DNA of 64,000 nucleotides, from NCBI GenBank assembly GCA_964583675.1, contig CAZOVH010000001.1, positions 81,754 through 145,753 of the forward strand. The letters are read 5' to 3'. The notes under the pieces were generated by a model, which was not told where the DNA came from, did not search any database, and saw only the letters and a program-made list of their open reading frames with translations. The position numbers and the translations under genes are program-made. Below, one piece after another: positions 18,361-29,634 of the stretch. How positions within the stretch are numbered: position 1 is the stretch's first letter; the number at the start of each line of letters is the position of its first letter. This stretch comes from an uncultured Candidatus Saccharibacteria bacterium. GTDB taxonomy: Bacteria > Patescibacteriota > Saccharimonadia > CAILAD01 > GCA-016700035.

Positions 18361-19317
18361 TTATTTGGAGAATAGCGGGAGCCCTTCAGGTTTAGCGCCG
18401 CCTACGGACCTAATCCGCATACTTCCATATCTGGCGCTATCTGGATCATGTTCCGGAATAATGCTCTGCTCTCCAGACAGAACATCCTGTGCCATCTGAC
18501 GAATTTCTTTTCTGAGTTGTAGAGACTCTAAATCGGGCGTATCTGGGCGAGTTGAGAGAATTTCTGCTCCAGCTCTCTGGGCTGCACTACCAGATAGCGA
18601 AGACTTCTCGGGATTAATTCCTGAAACTCCACGACCTGAGTCTGAGGACTTTTTATACCAAACAGGAATTTCAGATGGATAGCTATTTCCATAGCGATCT
18701 TCCCTGCGTCCAGCTTGCATCCAGGCAGCAGATTTAATGTGCGCATCTGGGAAAGCTCGCCTGAATATCTGATACGCCAACTCTTCTGTTGAGCCACTCA
18801 CACTCACCTCGTCTACTACTAAAAGATTTTTACCGGCCATATCTGGATATACTTGCTTCATGGTTTCGATGTAGCTATCGAATATACCCTCCTGTACCTG
18901 ACGAATCATCTGCTCGCGAGTCGGTCGGCCACCACCTGGCCCCTCGTTGGCATGCAAGTTAAGAAAATGCGTATCTGGCTTCTTCGCGCCCTCTTCTGGA
19001 AACACTTCCCACATCGCATCAGTTAACCAATATACTGGACGCGCCGATTTATCTAAATAAAATACTACGTCAGCAGAATCGTGCCCAGGCCCACTCTCAT
19101 CCGCAAACCCATGACGAATTCTGTCGATAAGTCGCTCGGTATTTTGCACATATTTCGCGCGCATACCCTCAGAATCACCTCGAGCGATAGTGTCTGTTGC
19201 AACCACCTGCTGCCTTTTCGTTATCATGTCTAAGTAATTTTCCGCAGTCAGAAGTTTAAATTCTATGCGCTTTTCTTTTTCGGCTGATGCCGGGCTTGGT
19301 CCTTTTTCCATAAGCAT
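18361..19317 (-). CDS. phosphoribosyltransferase (PRTase)-domain protein
   Basis: PRTase type-I motif LLVVDEVSVSGSTEE. Start assigned to the ATG at 19317 (MLMEKGPS...). The upstream in-frame extension looks non-coding. Confidence 0.45.
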   Translation of the reverse strand: MLMEKGPSPASAEKEKRIEFKLLTAENYLDMITKRQQVVATDTIARGDSEGMRAKYVQNTERLIDRIRHGFADESGPGHDSADVVFYLDKSARPVYWLTDAMWEVFPEEGAKKPDTHFLNLHANEGPGGGRPTREQMIRQVQEGIFDSYIETMKQVYPDMAGKNLLVVDEVSVSGSTEELAYQIFRRAFPDAHIKSAAWMQAGRREDRYGNSYPSEIPVWYKKSSDSGRGVSGINPEKSSLSGSAAQRAGAEILSTRPDTPDLESLQLRKEIRQMAQDVLSGEQSIIPEHDPDSARYGSMRIRSVGGAKPEGLPLFSK

Positions 19318-19401
19318 AAGCGTAACATATTTTACAGGTTTACAGTCCGTAGAGAGTATTGTAAAATTACCATCATTCCGCACCTTATAGGGAGACCCTC
19401 C

Positions 19402-19920
19402 ATGAAGCACGTCGATCCAACCGAGTTGCCGCTCAAGTTCCGGCGAGATACGCGAACTATTCGAGAGCTCATCGACCAGGCCGAGCAGCATGCAGGAACC
19501 GGAGAACACGCAGCGGCACTACAGGCGTACAAAGACGCCTATCGCGAGAGTCGCCAACTTCCCGATCGAGATCTAGAGATCGAGATTGCGCTACTGATGG
19601 CGCGCTATCAGTTCGAACGCGGCCATCTCGATGCAGCGCAAGACTGGCTGGCTACGCACTGCATCCTGCTTGCAAGTGAAGTTGGCTTGCAGGATGGCAT
19701 GACAATCACTGGCAACAGTACCGTCATCAACTTTGTCGCCACCGCCAGCCTGCACGAGCCAGGAGCCGACACAATCAAGGTGTATCGCAAGTTCTCAGAC
19801 ACCTGGAAGAATCCCTTCGTACTCGAAGCAATGGCCGACGAAGGCCTTCCATTCGGCACGCAATTTCTGCCTGCGAAGACGCTGCTCCTTGCGATTCGTA
19901 CAGCATCAACCCCAGAGTGA
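19402..19920 (+). CDS. hypothetical protein (172 aa), GC-elevated
   Basis: ATG with an upstream GGGAG. The stop lies in the loop of an intrinsic terminator. Confidence 0.45.
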   Translation: MKHVDPTELPLKFRRDTRTIRELIDQAEQHAGTGEHAAALQAYKDAYRESRQLPDRDLEIEIALLMARYQFERGHLDAAQDWLATHCILLASEVGLQDGMTITGNSTVINFVATASLHEPGADTIKVYRKFSDTWKNPFVLEAMADEGLPFGTQFLPAKTLLLAIRTASTPE

Positions 19921-19936
19921 TCTGGGGTTTTATTTA
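19909..19936 (+). terminator. intrinsic terminator (accccaga-gtga-tctggggt + TTTTATTT)
   Basis: 8-bp stem plus a T-run directly at the gene end. Confidence 0.5.
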
Positions 19937-19998
19937 CATCTTTTAATTTTTATTGTAAAATATAATCTATTCGTACCTCCTACTGAATCGAGAAAAGC

Positions 19999-20667
19999 AT
20001 GGATAGATATCTGGAAGCCTTCGATGCCGCCGAGCAGGCTCGCATCCAGGGCGACAACGCGAAAGCAGTGCTGCTCTATGAAGAAGCTGCCAGCCTCGCA
20101 GAGTACAGTTCTGCTGCCGACCCTGTCACTCTCCACCACATGTGGGGTGTGGTCCTCACAAGTCTTGGTCAACATGAAGAGGCAGACGAACACTTCGCAG
20201 ATGCGTTGCTTCTCACAGATGACCCTACCAAGGTCAGGGCGATCAATCGCGATGGTAGTCGAGTAGCACTCCTGAGAGGCGACTTTGGTGTTGCCCATGA
20301 GCTCATCGACTACGCCATGGGTGAACCAACGGACGACATTGCAGAGCGCGGAGCCAGCATGGGCTTCAAGGCTCGTATCTTGCTCGCAGAGGACAAGCCC
20401 GAAGAAGCGCTCGAGATTTTCGGCATGGCCGATGTTCTTCTGCAGCGCAGTGACAACCGCCACTATGAGCTCTACAACCTCATGCACTTCCTGGAGGCGC
20501 TAGTGGAATATCGGCTCCCCCTCTTCGAAGACAACTGGGCAGAGATTCAGTTCGCAAGAGACCAAGTGTCACGACTTCGAGCACTGGCGATGAACTATGG
20601 CGGCCTGCCCCATCAACAGCGTGCCGCGAACATCATCAGCAGCGTCCTTGCCGAGCGCGAAGGCTGA
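19999..20667 (+). CDS. hypothetical helical-repeat (TPR-like) protein (222 aa), GC-elevated
   Basis: Ala/Glu/Leu-rich helical repeats and a strong terminator downstream. Confidence 0.45.
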   Translation: MDRYLEAFDAAEQARIQGDNAKAVLLYEEAASLAEYSSAADPVTLHHMWGVVLTSLGQHEEADEHFADALLLTDDPTKVRAINRDGSRVALLRGDFGVAHELIDYAMGEPTDDIAERGASMGFKARILLAEDKPEEALEIFGMADVLLQRSDNRHYELYNLMHFLEALVEYRLPLFEDNWAEIQFARDQVSRLRALAMNYGGLPHQQRAANIISSVLAEREG

Positions 20668-20673
20668 TCCCCA

Positions 20674-20702
20674 CCCCGAGTTAATCCTCGGGGTATTTTA
20701 TT
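20674..20702 (+). terminator. intrinsic terminator (ccccgag-ttaatc-ctcgggg + TATTTTATT)
   Basis: Stem plus a T-run. It shares the motif CCCACCCCGA...TCGGGGTATTT..TTACTAA with the terminator at 30495. Confidence 0.55.
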
Positions 20703-20753
20703 ACTAAAAAGAGCCTCGTTTTGAGGCTCTTTTTGGATTTGGCGATGTATTCG

Positions 20754-22657
<1,904 letters not shown>

Positions 22658-22729
22658 TCTTACCTCCTAAAATTACTTAGTACTTACTCGATAAAAAAAT
22701 GTTAATGCAATCTATTGCTAGAGAAAGCA

Positions 22730-22756
22730 TTAGCACTCTCATAAGTCGAGTGCTAA
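22730..22756. promoter_or_regulatory. CIRCE operator (HrcA binding site) upstream of groES
   Basis: TTAGCACTC-N9-GAGTGCTAA, a perfect consensus inverted repeat 73 nt upstream of the groES start. Confidence 0.85.
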
Positions 22757-22830
22757 CTTTAGTATAGAAATTCCTTGGTGACGCGTCAAGCAATAAAAAT
22801 CGCCCAGTCGATTATGACTGGGCGAAAAAA

Positions 22831-23652
22831 CTACATGGTGGACTGTAGTACGCGCGCGAGTTCGCGCCCCTTCTCGATAGCCATCTGCCAATCGCGCTGC
22901 ATGGCTCGGGCAACCACTCGATCGCCACCCATGTAATTCTCTGGATGGATCGGCTCCATCACCACAGCAGCTGCACATGAGCGGCGGAGAAAGCGCGTGC
23001 GACGATGCTCATCAGCCTTGCCCACGCCGTAGATGGCAAGCGGCACCAACGGAACATTGGCCCGAAGAGCGGCGTACATTGCGCCCAGCTTGGCGTCGGA
23101 AAGGTCGTCGTCATCACGACGCGTACCCTGCGGATACAGCACCACCGGCTGGCCGCGGAGCAATGCGCGGTGAACAACATCCTTCATCTCGTCCTTCGTG
23201 TAGGTGAACTTCTGATACTCTGGGTGCTTTGCCCAGTCCACATCACGCATGAACGGAATACAGCCCTGAGGCTGGTTCAGCCACTTCAGCCACGTCCAAC
23301 GAACAAAGTCTGGCTTCGAGGGCCAGGCCATCGGTCGCGGGATGAAGCCCGTCAGTGGAATGTCCAGCATGTGCTGGTGATTGGGCGCCACCACAAACGG
23401 GTAATCACTGATGTGACTATCGCCCTTGCGACGATATCGCGGCGGGTAATAAGTTGGTGATGGCTGTGGCAGTTGGTGCGAGCCGTGAATCTTCCCCTTC
23501 ATGCGTGTTGCCGCTACCATCAGAATCAATCGACGAAAGACCCTGTGGCCAAACCACGGACCGACACCGTTGGCGTTGCGCAGGCCCCTGAGGCGCTTTG
23601 CCTCGGCCTGCGGCGACAGAACGGGGATATCGGCTGACTGCGCCTGACTCAT
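22831..23652 (-). CDS. lysophospholipid (1-acyl-sn-glycerol-3-phosphate) acyltransferase-like, PlsC family, high-GC
   Basis: HX4D motif NHQHMLD. ATG at 23652 with SD GGGGA. GC about 60%. Confidence 0.55.
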   Translation of the reverse strand: MSQAQSADIPVLSPQAEAKRLRGLRNANGVGPWFGHRVFRRLILMVAATRMKGKIHGSHQLPQPSPTYYPPRYRRKGDSHISDYPFVVAPNHQHMLDIPLTGFIPRPMAWPSKPDFVRWTWLKWLNQPQGCIPFMRDVDWAKHPEYQKFTYTKDEMKDVVHRALLRGQPVVLYPQGTRRDDDDLSDAKLGAMYAALRANVPLVPLAIYGVGKADEHRRTRFLRRSCAAAVVMEPIHPENYMGGDRVVARAMQRDWQMAIEKGRELARVLQSTM

Positions 23653-23722
23653 ATTTTCCCCTAACACTCGTAGGTACAACAACTGGCGATGATTTTAGCA
23701 GATATATGCCAGATATGTAAGC

Positions 23723-23773
23723 AAAAAAAGAAACCCCGCCGAAGCGGGGCCGGGAGAGGGCCGAAGCTCTCCC
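23723..23773 (-). terminator. tandem GC hairpins followed by a U-run on the minus strand (ccccgc-ttcg-gcgggg TTTCTTTTTTT)
   Basis: Immediately downstream of the minus-strand lipoprotein gene 23783..24370. Confidence 0.5.
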
Positions 23774-23782
23774 CCGAAATCA

Positions 23783-24370
23783 TCAGCCGCCGTAGTTGTC
23801 CTTGTCGGCGACGGATGTGGGAGATGAACCCGTGTTGTACACCAGCACCGGCTGGGTGGTCAGGTCCAGCGGGGCGTCGGCCAGCACGTACTCGCCGGGC
23901 CACTGGATCATCACACCGTCGGTGGTGAAGAAGAAGATGGCATCCTCCGAGGGACCCCAGGTGCCGTCGTCCATCGGCGCTTCGATGCCGATGAGCGACT
24001 TGCAGCCCGAGCCGCAGGAGTCGACGAGCTGGGTCGCTGTCGTCATCTGCGAGGAGGTGTTGCTCACCTTGCCCTTCACGGTGTAGTTGGCCATCAGCTG
24101 ACCCTGATCCGAGAACAGGTAGATGTAGCTGATCTTGTTCGGATCCGAGTAGCGGATGTGGCGCTCACGCAAGTTCATGCGCTCCAGCCAGCCGCCTTCC
24201 TCCATCTCTTCGAGGGGGTACGGGACGGCCTTCTCGGCGGCCTGGCTGTACTCCTCGGTGATGTTCTGGCTCTTCTCCTGCGTGGATGCCTCGTCTTCGC
24301 CGCTGCACGAGGCAGCGATGAGCACGAAGGGCAGGAAGAGCAGGATGAGGTACTTCTTGTACTTGGTCAT
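23783..24370 (-). CDS. lipoprotein (195 aa), high-GC
   Basis: Signal peptide and lipobox LIAASC. No recognisable domain. Confidence 0.5.
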   Translation of the reverse strand: MTKYKKYLILLFLPFVLIAASCSGEDEASTQEKSQNITEEYSQAAEKAVPYPLEEMEEGGWLERMNLRERHIRYSDPNKISYIYLFSDQGQLMANYTVKGKVSNTSSQMTTATQLVDSCGSGCKSLIGIEAPMDDGTWGPSEDAIFFFTTDGVMIQWPGEYVLADAPLDLTTQPVLVYNTGSSPTSVADKDNYGG

Positions 24371-24389
24371 GGTTGTCTTTCTTGCTGAT

Positions 24390-24414
24390 GGGAGGGGGTT
24401 CGAAACCCCCTCCC
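24390..24414. other. GC-rich hairpin (gggagggggtt-cgaa-accccctccc) in the 5' leader of the lipoprotein gene
   Basis: 10-bp G/C stem between ORFs 24447.. and 23783... There is no U-tract on either strand. Confidence 0.4.
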
Positions 24415-24446
24415 GGAGTGGTTGTTGAGTGGAGCTTGAAGTACGA

Positions 24447-24974
24447 TCAGGCTGCCGGCTGGCAGTCCGTCTCGCTGATGGTCGACATGGAGTCGATCTG
24501 ATACGGCAGGTCCGGGGACCGCCACTCGGCGCGGATGGTCTTCCGAGCTTCGGCGTTGTAGCTCGCGACGGCGTCCTGACAGATCTGCTGGAGACCGGTC
24601 ACCGTCGTCTGCTTACCCTTGAGTTGCTGTGTGTAGAGCTGCACCTGCACCAAGTCCGAGCTGGAGGGCTGCGGGTTGGTGGCGATGAACTCGTTCAGAT
24701 CGGCCTGTGCTTCGGTCAACTTGAGGTCCTGCGCCTTGATGGTGGCGTAGGTGTCCTCGAAGAAGGCCTGGGCACTGATCCGGTTGTCGGCATCATTGCG
24801 CTGCTGTACGATCTCGCCGGAGCCGCGCACGCCACTGGTGGCGACGCTGATGCCCCAGCCAGCGACTGACAGGATGATGACGGCCGCAATGAGGACCCAG
24901 ATCCACGTCTTGACGCGGCGAGGGGTCCATCGATTGATCTCGTCGTCCCACTTCTCTTCGATGGTTTTGGACAT
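24447..24974 (-). CDS. membrane-anchored hypothetical protein (176 aa), high-GC
   Basis: ATG at 24974 (MSKTIEEKWDDEINRWTPRRVKTWIWVLIAAVIILSVAGWG...) with SD GGGAG. One N-terminal TM. Confidence 0.5.
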   Translation of the reverse strand: MSKTIEEKWDDEINRWTPRRVKTWIWVLIAAVIILSVAGWGISVATSGVRGSGEIVQQRNDADNRISAQAFFEDTYATIKAQDLKLTEAQADLNEFIATNPQPSSSDLVQVQLYTQQLKGKQTTVTGLQQICQDAVASYNAEARKTIRAEWRSPDLPYQIDSMSTISETDCQPAA

Positions 24975-25369
24975 GTGTGGTTCACTCCCGAATTTTCGAG
25001 GTACTTCCAGTGAGTCGGTCACTGGCACCGTGAGGGTCATCCCCTCATGGTGAGTAACGGGAAGGCGATTAACCTTCGCACCATGAGGTGATGAGACCTT
25101 TAGTAAAAGCAACAAAGTATGGAGCTTGTTGCCACCCTGAGCGGTCCCGTTATCCGCTCATCACTCCGTTCGTTCATATCTGTCGTTTTCGGCGCTTGAT
25201 GAGAGGATAGGTTTGTCAGGGTAAGTAGACACAAAAATCCCGCTGGCCGCGGACCTAAGGCTTAGTCCAGGGCGAAACGGGATTTTCGATACCTATAGCG
25301 TATTAAGTTGTGAAATCAATATAGCAGTTCTACACTATGATGTCAATAGGCTTTGGCACTTTTTTATTA

Positions 25370-26314
25370 TTAAGCAGCTTTACCTGATCTCCTATCTGTT
25401 GTACGTAATGGTTTTAACTCTTTTTTCGGCTCCACCCACGTGCCACGGAGCTTGTGCCAGGCCTCACTGATGGCCCTACTTTCATCCAATGCATGCAAGT
25501 TGATAACATCCGGACGGACGCGCACAAACGCTTCAGAGCGTAGATTCTTGGCCTGCTTACTGGTGTGACGTAAGTGAATTTTATAGCCACGATCATCCAA
25601 GCTATCCATCCATTTCATCCCCGCCCGATCGATGCTGCGTCCTCCTTTGGGCCATAGATAGTTTGGTGCATGCAAGCGCACATACGGACTAGCCTGCAAA
25701 ATCTCATACCACCGCCGTGCTCCGTACACCGGCACAGCTGTCATCAACCAGTAAATTAGGTGTGGATCGTTTTCGTGCATTATATCGCGCTCGAAAGTCA
25801 CTCCTCGTGTAGTTAAAAACATACCCAAACTAAACTGCCCGGCTTTTTTTTCTTCTGTTTCAAGCAGTTTTGCCCATCCTAGCGTTTTCCAGAGTAAGCC
25901 CTTAGCAACAAACACTCGGCCTGGCGTAGTCACAACGAGTAAATCTATGTCGCTATCCTCATGCACGTTACCTATGGCTACACTGTTTACCACGCACACC
26001 GCTTTTATAAATGGCATTTTTGCTAAAACTCGTGCCAATTTTCTAGCTCTACCCAAGAGATACTCCCTGTGCGCCTGTGCTTTATGTAAATCTACGTAAC
26101 GCACGCCAGGCAAACCAAAATCGTCATTGAGCCGAACTAAATCACCTGCTTCTACCATTTCGCGCGCCATTGCCTGCACCGCCAGATGACTCGCCTTAAC
26201 AGATAGTAGAGCATTGAGCCGCTCGATACTCACCGGCATGCCAAAGACCGCAAAATACGCCACCATATCTAAGATGGCCTCACGGATGGTTTGTTCTTTA
26301 TCATGGGCATTCAT
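25370..26314 (-). CDS. nucleotidyltransferase-fold (Pol-beta-like) domain protein
   Basis: ATG at 26314 (MNAHDKEQ...). NTase motif VNSVAIGNVHEDSDIDLLVVT (hG[GS]x9-13DxD-like). Confidence 0.45.
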   Translation of the reverse strand: MNAHDKEQTIREAILDMVAYFAVFGMPVSIERLNALLSVKASHLAVQAMAREMVEAGDLVRLNDDFGLPGVRYVDLHKAQAHREYLLGRARKLARVLAKMPFIKAVCVVNSVAIGNVHEDSDIDLLVVTTPGRVFVAKGLLWKTLGWAKLLETEEKKAGQFSLGMFLTTRGVTFERDIMHENDPHLIYWLMTAVPVYGARRWYEILQASPYVRLHAPNYLWPKGGRSIDRAGMKWMDSLDDRGYKIHLRHTSKQAKNLRSEAFVRVRPDVINLHALDESRAISEAWHKLRGTWVEPKKELKPLRTTDRRSGKAA

Positions 26315-26350
26315 ATGCTGTTCATCATAACAAACCTGGAGGATTGGAAG

Positions 26351-26402
26351 AAAAAGTAAATAAAAAAGATTTGAGCCGGTACGCTTGTTGGCGTACCGGC
26401 TC
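26351..26402 (-). terminator. intrinsic terminator on the minus strand (12-bp stem gagccggtacgc/gcgtaccggctc + U-rich tail)
   Basis: Perfect 12-bp stem. The minus-strand RNA would end ...CAAAUCUUUUUUAUUUAC. Confidence 0.5.
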
Positions 26403-26985
26403 TGTGTGCCGTTTTGCAGGCACCCGAGGGAGCGATCTCTGGTCGCGGCGACCAAGAGTTCACCCTGACAGTAGGAGGAGCGCGCCGGGCGCTCACTACT
26501 TTCGGCTTTGGACGATGTCTGTCCTGCGGGCCACACTGATGCAAGAGTGAATTACGAGTCAAGCTCGGTTTACCTCTGGCTCACCAGATAAGTTCCTCGC
26601 TCACCGTTTTAGTCCCCCCCGGGATCCAGGGTCGTTACGCCAGACAAGCTCAAGGCTCTTCTTACCTCGACCAGCATTACTGCTAGCTAGAAGCCGGTCT
26701 GACTAAACGTGATCCTTGGTGTGCAACTAAGTTTCCCCCTTCGAAGCTTCACGCAGGTTCTTCACCTACGTGTAGAAATGATGCGAGGTCGATGTGTCTG
26801 CTCTTCCTTTTTGCAGGTGCTGCCCACTAGGGCGGTGCTCGCGACATAACCCCCCTTCAGGTATTACGGGTCGCGGCTGGGGCTCGGATGCCCCTTCATG
26901 CACCATCCGGCGAGATTGCTCCCGGCGTTTGGCGATGCTTCGTATAGTACCACGTATTGACATCTTTGTCAATACGTTTTGCAGT
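26403..26985 (-). ncRNA. unassigned GC-rich structured noncoding region (candidate ncRNA; strand uncertain)
   Basis: About 580 nt with no convincing ORF, about 58% GC in a low-GC context, many hairpins, and terminator-like hairpins at both ends. No known RNA family matched by eye. Confidence 0.2.
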
Positions 26986-26989
26986 AGTA

Positions 26990-28354
26990 TTAGCTATTTT
27001 CTTGAATAAGCGCTTTCAGCTCTTTATGTGCGGCTGCCAAAGCAGTCTTGGTTCTGGCTTCTATATTAAGGCGAACCAGAGGCTCCGTATTACTTGGACG
27101 AATGCTAGCATGCCAATCGTCGGTGCGAATACACAACCCATCGAGTGTGTCCAGCTGAGCTGTTCGATAATGTTTCTGGAGGGCAATTAAGAGCTTTGTT
27201 GTATTCTCTACATCAAGATTCTCTTCTGGAATGCTCTGATATTTTCGATACGGACGCACCAACTCTGAGAGCGGTTTCTCCGTTTCAGACATTACACCTA
27301 ACACCATCACCGCAGTAATCAGCGCCGAATCACAGTAGAAATTATCACGATAGTAAAAATGACCAGAGGCTTCACAGCCAAAAATCGCGTTGCGCTCACG
27401 CATCACGGCCTGCATGTAGCTGTGGCCGACACGACTCTGCACCACTTCCCCGCCAAGCGCCTCGACCGTTTCGCGCAAAATGTCGCCAACTACTACGCTC
27501 TGCACCACCGTGCTTTTTGGGTTTTCTCCTAAAAATGTATGTGCCAACAGAGCTGCCAGTGCTGCTGCCTCCACGGCTTCACCCTTCTCATCAACAAAGA
27601 AGCATCTGTCACCATCACCGTCGAAAGCGATGCCGCAATCTAGTTCATTGCGCTGTACGAGGGTTTTTAGATCGTCCATCGCGCCTTCTAGCACCGGATT
27701 AGCCGGATGATTTGGGAATGTACCGTCCAGCTCCATATATAGGCCAGATACTTCAAGGCCTGTCAGTTCTTGCAGCTTAGGAATTGGTACCGAACCCATG
27801 CCATTACCAGCGTCAACACCTACCTTGAGCGGCTTAATTTCTGCGCCAGCAAAACGCAAGGTATGCTCTACCCAATCTGTAAGAATGTTCTTTTCTAGTT
27901 TTTTACCAGGTTCATCCGCCGGACTGAATTCATTTTTCTCCACCCGTTTTTTCAATTCATTAAGTCCACCTTCAGCACTCAACTGCACTACACCGGCAGC
28001 TGTCAGCTTAATGCCGTTGTATTTCCCAGGATTGTGGCTGGCAGTTATCATCGCCGCACCAGCTAGATCGTACTGCCCGACTGCAAAGTAGCTCATATCT
28101 GTTGTAACCATACCAATATCAAGTACTTCCCTGCCCTGCAAGATAAGCCCCTCTATAAAAGCAGTCGCCAATTCCTCAGAATCTGCACGCATATCACGTC
28201 CAACCGCAATCGTACCCCCTGGCATCTGTTCAGCAAACGCTTGAGCAATATCTCGAACCACATCAGCATTCAGTTCATCACCAACCACGCCTCGAATGTC
28301 GTAGGCCCGAAAAATTGCGTCTAGACGCGCAGCGCGCTCGCTTCCCTCACTCAT
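26990..28354 (-). CDS. phosphohexomutase (phosphoglucosamine mutase / phosphomannomutase family)
   Basis: 454 aa. Active-site serine loop TASHNPGKYNGIK, metal-binding DGDGDR, and a sugar-binding C-terminal domain. Confidence 0.8.
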   Translation of the reverse strand: MSEGSERAARLDAIFRAYDIRGVVGDELNADVVRDIAQAFAEQMPGGTIAVGRDMRADSEELATAFIEGLILQGREVLDIGMVTTDMSYFAVGQYDLAGAAMITASHNPGKYNGIKLTAAGVVQLSAEGGLNELKKRVEKNEFSPADEPGKKLEKNILTDWVEHTLRFAGAEIKPLKVGVDAGNGMGSVPIPKLQELTGLEVSGLYMELDGTFPNHPANPVLEGAMDDLKTLVQRNELDCGIAFDGDGDRCFFVDEKGEAVEAAALAALLAHTFLGENPKSTVVQSVVVGDILRETVEALGGEVVQSRVGHSYMQAVMRERNAIFGCEASGHFYYRDNFYCDSALITAVMVLGVMSETEKPLSELVRPYRKYQSIPEENLDVENTTKLLIALQKHYRTAQLDTLDGLCIRTDDWHASIRPSNTEPLVRLNIEARTKTALAAAHKELKALIQENS

Positions 28355-28466
28355 GGAGCTTATTATAGCTGATTTCTTCTAAAGAGGAACATCAGAAGCG
28401 TCAATTACGTACGCCGTTGAGGCAATGGATTTTTAACAAAGCAGTTCGCTCTGTATTGAGATCGAT

Positions 28467-29534
28467 TTACCAGAAGATGTTGCGTTTAATGCGCGAGTAA
28501 AGCTTATGAAACAACGGCTCAGCCTTCTGCCAGCGGCCATATACACCGGCTTTAAGTGGCAGCTCCCAACAGCCAACAAACTGCGTAATTTCTTGATTAA
28601 ACCCACTCTTAAACTGATACAAGCCATACATATGATGCTCGGGGTTGAGTTGATCTTTTGGCGGCACGGCGATGAGATCATATTCCTTCGCGCCGCGATC
28701 GCGTGCCCAACGCATGACTTCATATTGCAGCAGATACGGCGCCATTAAATTCCGTTTAGCGCCACTCGAGCCACCCTCTTTGTAATACGCTTTTGCGCCA
28801 AAAATCATCGCGTATTCAGCTGCCAGCACCTCACCTTCGTGCACGGTTACAAAAAACTGACCCATGCCGGCACGTGCAAAACTCTGCCAGTACGACTTAA
28901 ACGCATGTTTTGGTCGCAAATAAAACCCGGCCCTACCCTGCGTATCGCCCATCAGCTTATACATTTCATCAACCATCTCGTCGGTGGCATCACGCTTTTC
29001 GATGGTGACACCTTTTTTTGTAGCCAGCCGAATATTGTAACGCGTCTTCTGCTTAAAGCTCGCCAGCAGTGCGTCATCATCCTTATCAATATCCACGATG
29101 ATTGTGGCTCGAAACTGCAAATCATGCACACTCTTAAGATACCCTGCTTGCTTGGGCTTGAGCTCATCATCATAAATCTCGGGCTCTACCATCAGCATAA
29201 ATGCCTTGGAGTCGTGTTTTTTAATGTATAAAGCCAACTCTTTGGTGAGCGCCTTAAACGCGGCCATCTGGGCCTTATCACTTTTGTAGTGCGCGAAGAT
29301 TCCAGGGCCTTTCGGGATATACCAAATGGTACCAAAACCTGGCGCATTTTTTACTAGCGCCTGAAAGTACACACGCTCTTTGCCACCCTCCCAGGCAAGC
29401 CTTTCCGGACGCCAATCATATTGCGCTTTATACTCACCCCACTCCTGTGTCTGGTAAATATGGCCGCCATCCGGATTCTCTAAAACCAGCTTATTCCAGG
29501 CGTCGCGCTCTTCGGGTCCGGCAGTTCGTATCAT
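28467..29534 (-). CDS. FemAB-family peptidoglycan interpeptide-bridge aminoacyltransferase
   Basis: ATG at 29534 preceded by TATAAT and GGAG. FemAB-like length (about 355 aa) and motifs. Confidence 0.6.
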   Translation of the reverse strand: MIRTAGPEERDAWNKLVLENPDGGHIYQTQEWGEYKAQYDWRPERLAWEGGKERVYFQALVKNAPGFGTIWYIPKGPGIFAHYKSDKAQMAAFKALTKELALYIKKHDSKAFMLMVEPEIYDDELKPKQAGYLKSVHDLQFRATIIVDIDKDDDALLASFKQKTRYNIRLATKKGVTIEKRDATDEMVDEMYKLMGDTQGRAGFYLRPKHAFKSYWQSFARAGMGQFFVTVHEGEVLAAEYAMIFGAKAYYKEGGSSGAKRNLMAPYLLQYEVMRWARDRGAKEYDLIAVPPKDQLNPEHHMYGLYQFKSGFNQEITQFVGCWELPLKAGVYGRWQKAEPLFHKLYSRIKRNIFW

Positions 29535-29634
29535 GCTCCGTATTATACCGGTTTGACCCCTGTAAGATACATTGACTAAATAATTACTAAGTTGTATTAT
29601 ATGCGAACCTGCACCTATCCAAGAAAGGTTCCTG

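Noticed and set aside
26373-26402. Possible group II intron domain V (gagccggtacgc...gcgtaccggctc)
   Set aside because: The stem is perfect, with no 2-nt bulge, no GNRA loop and no other intron domains or reverse transcriptase ORF. It was reinterpreted as an intrinsic terminator.
26403-26985. tmRNA, RNase P RNA, SRP RNA or TPP/B12 riboswitch assignments for the GC-rich noncoding block
   Set aside because: None of GGAAAGTCCGGGC, ACAGAACCCGGCUUA, a tRNA-like GGTTCGANTCC...CCA end, a tag-peptide ORF, SRP GGAA-AGCAGC or TPP CUGAGA/GGGGUGCC motifs could be found by eye on either strand.
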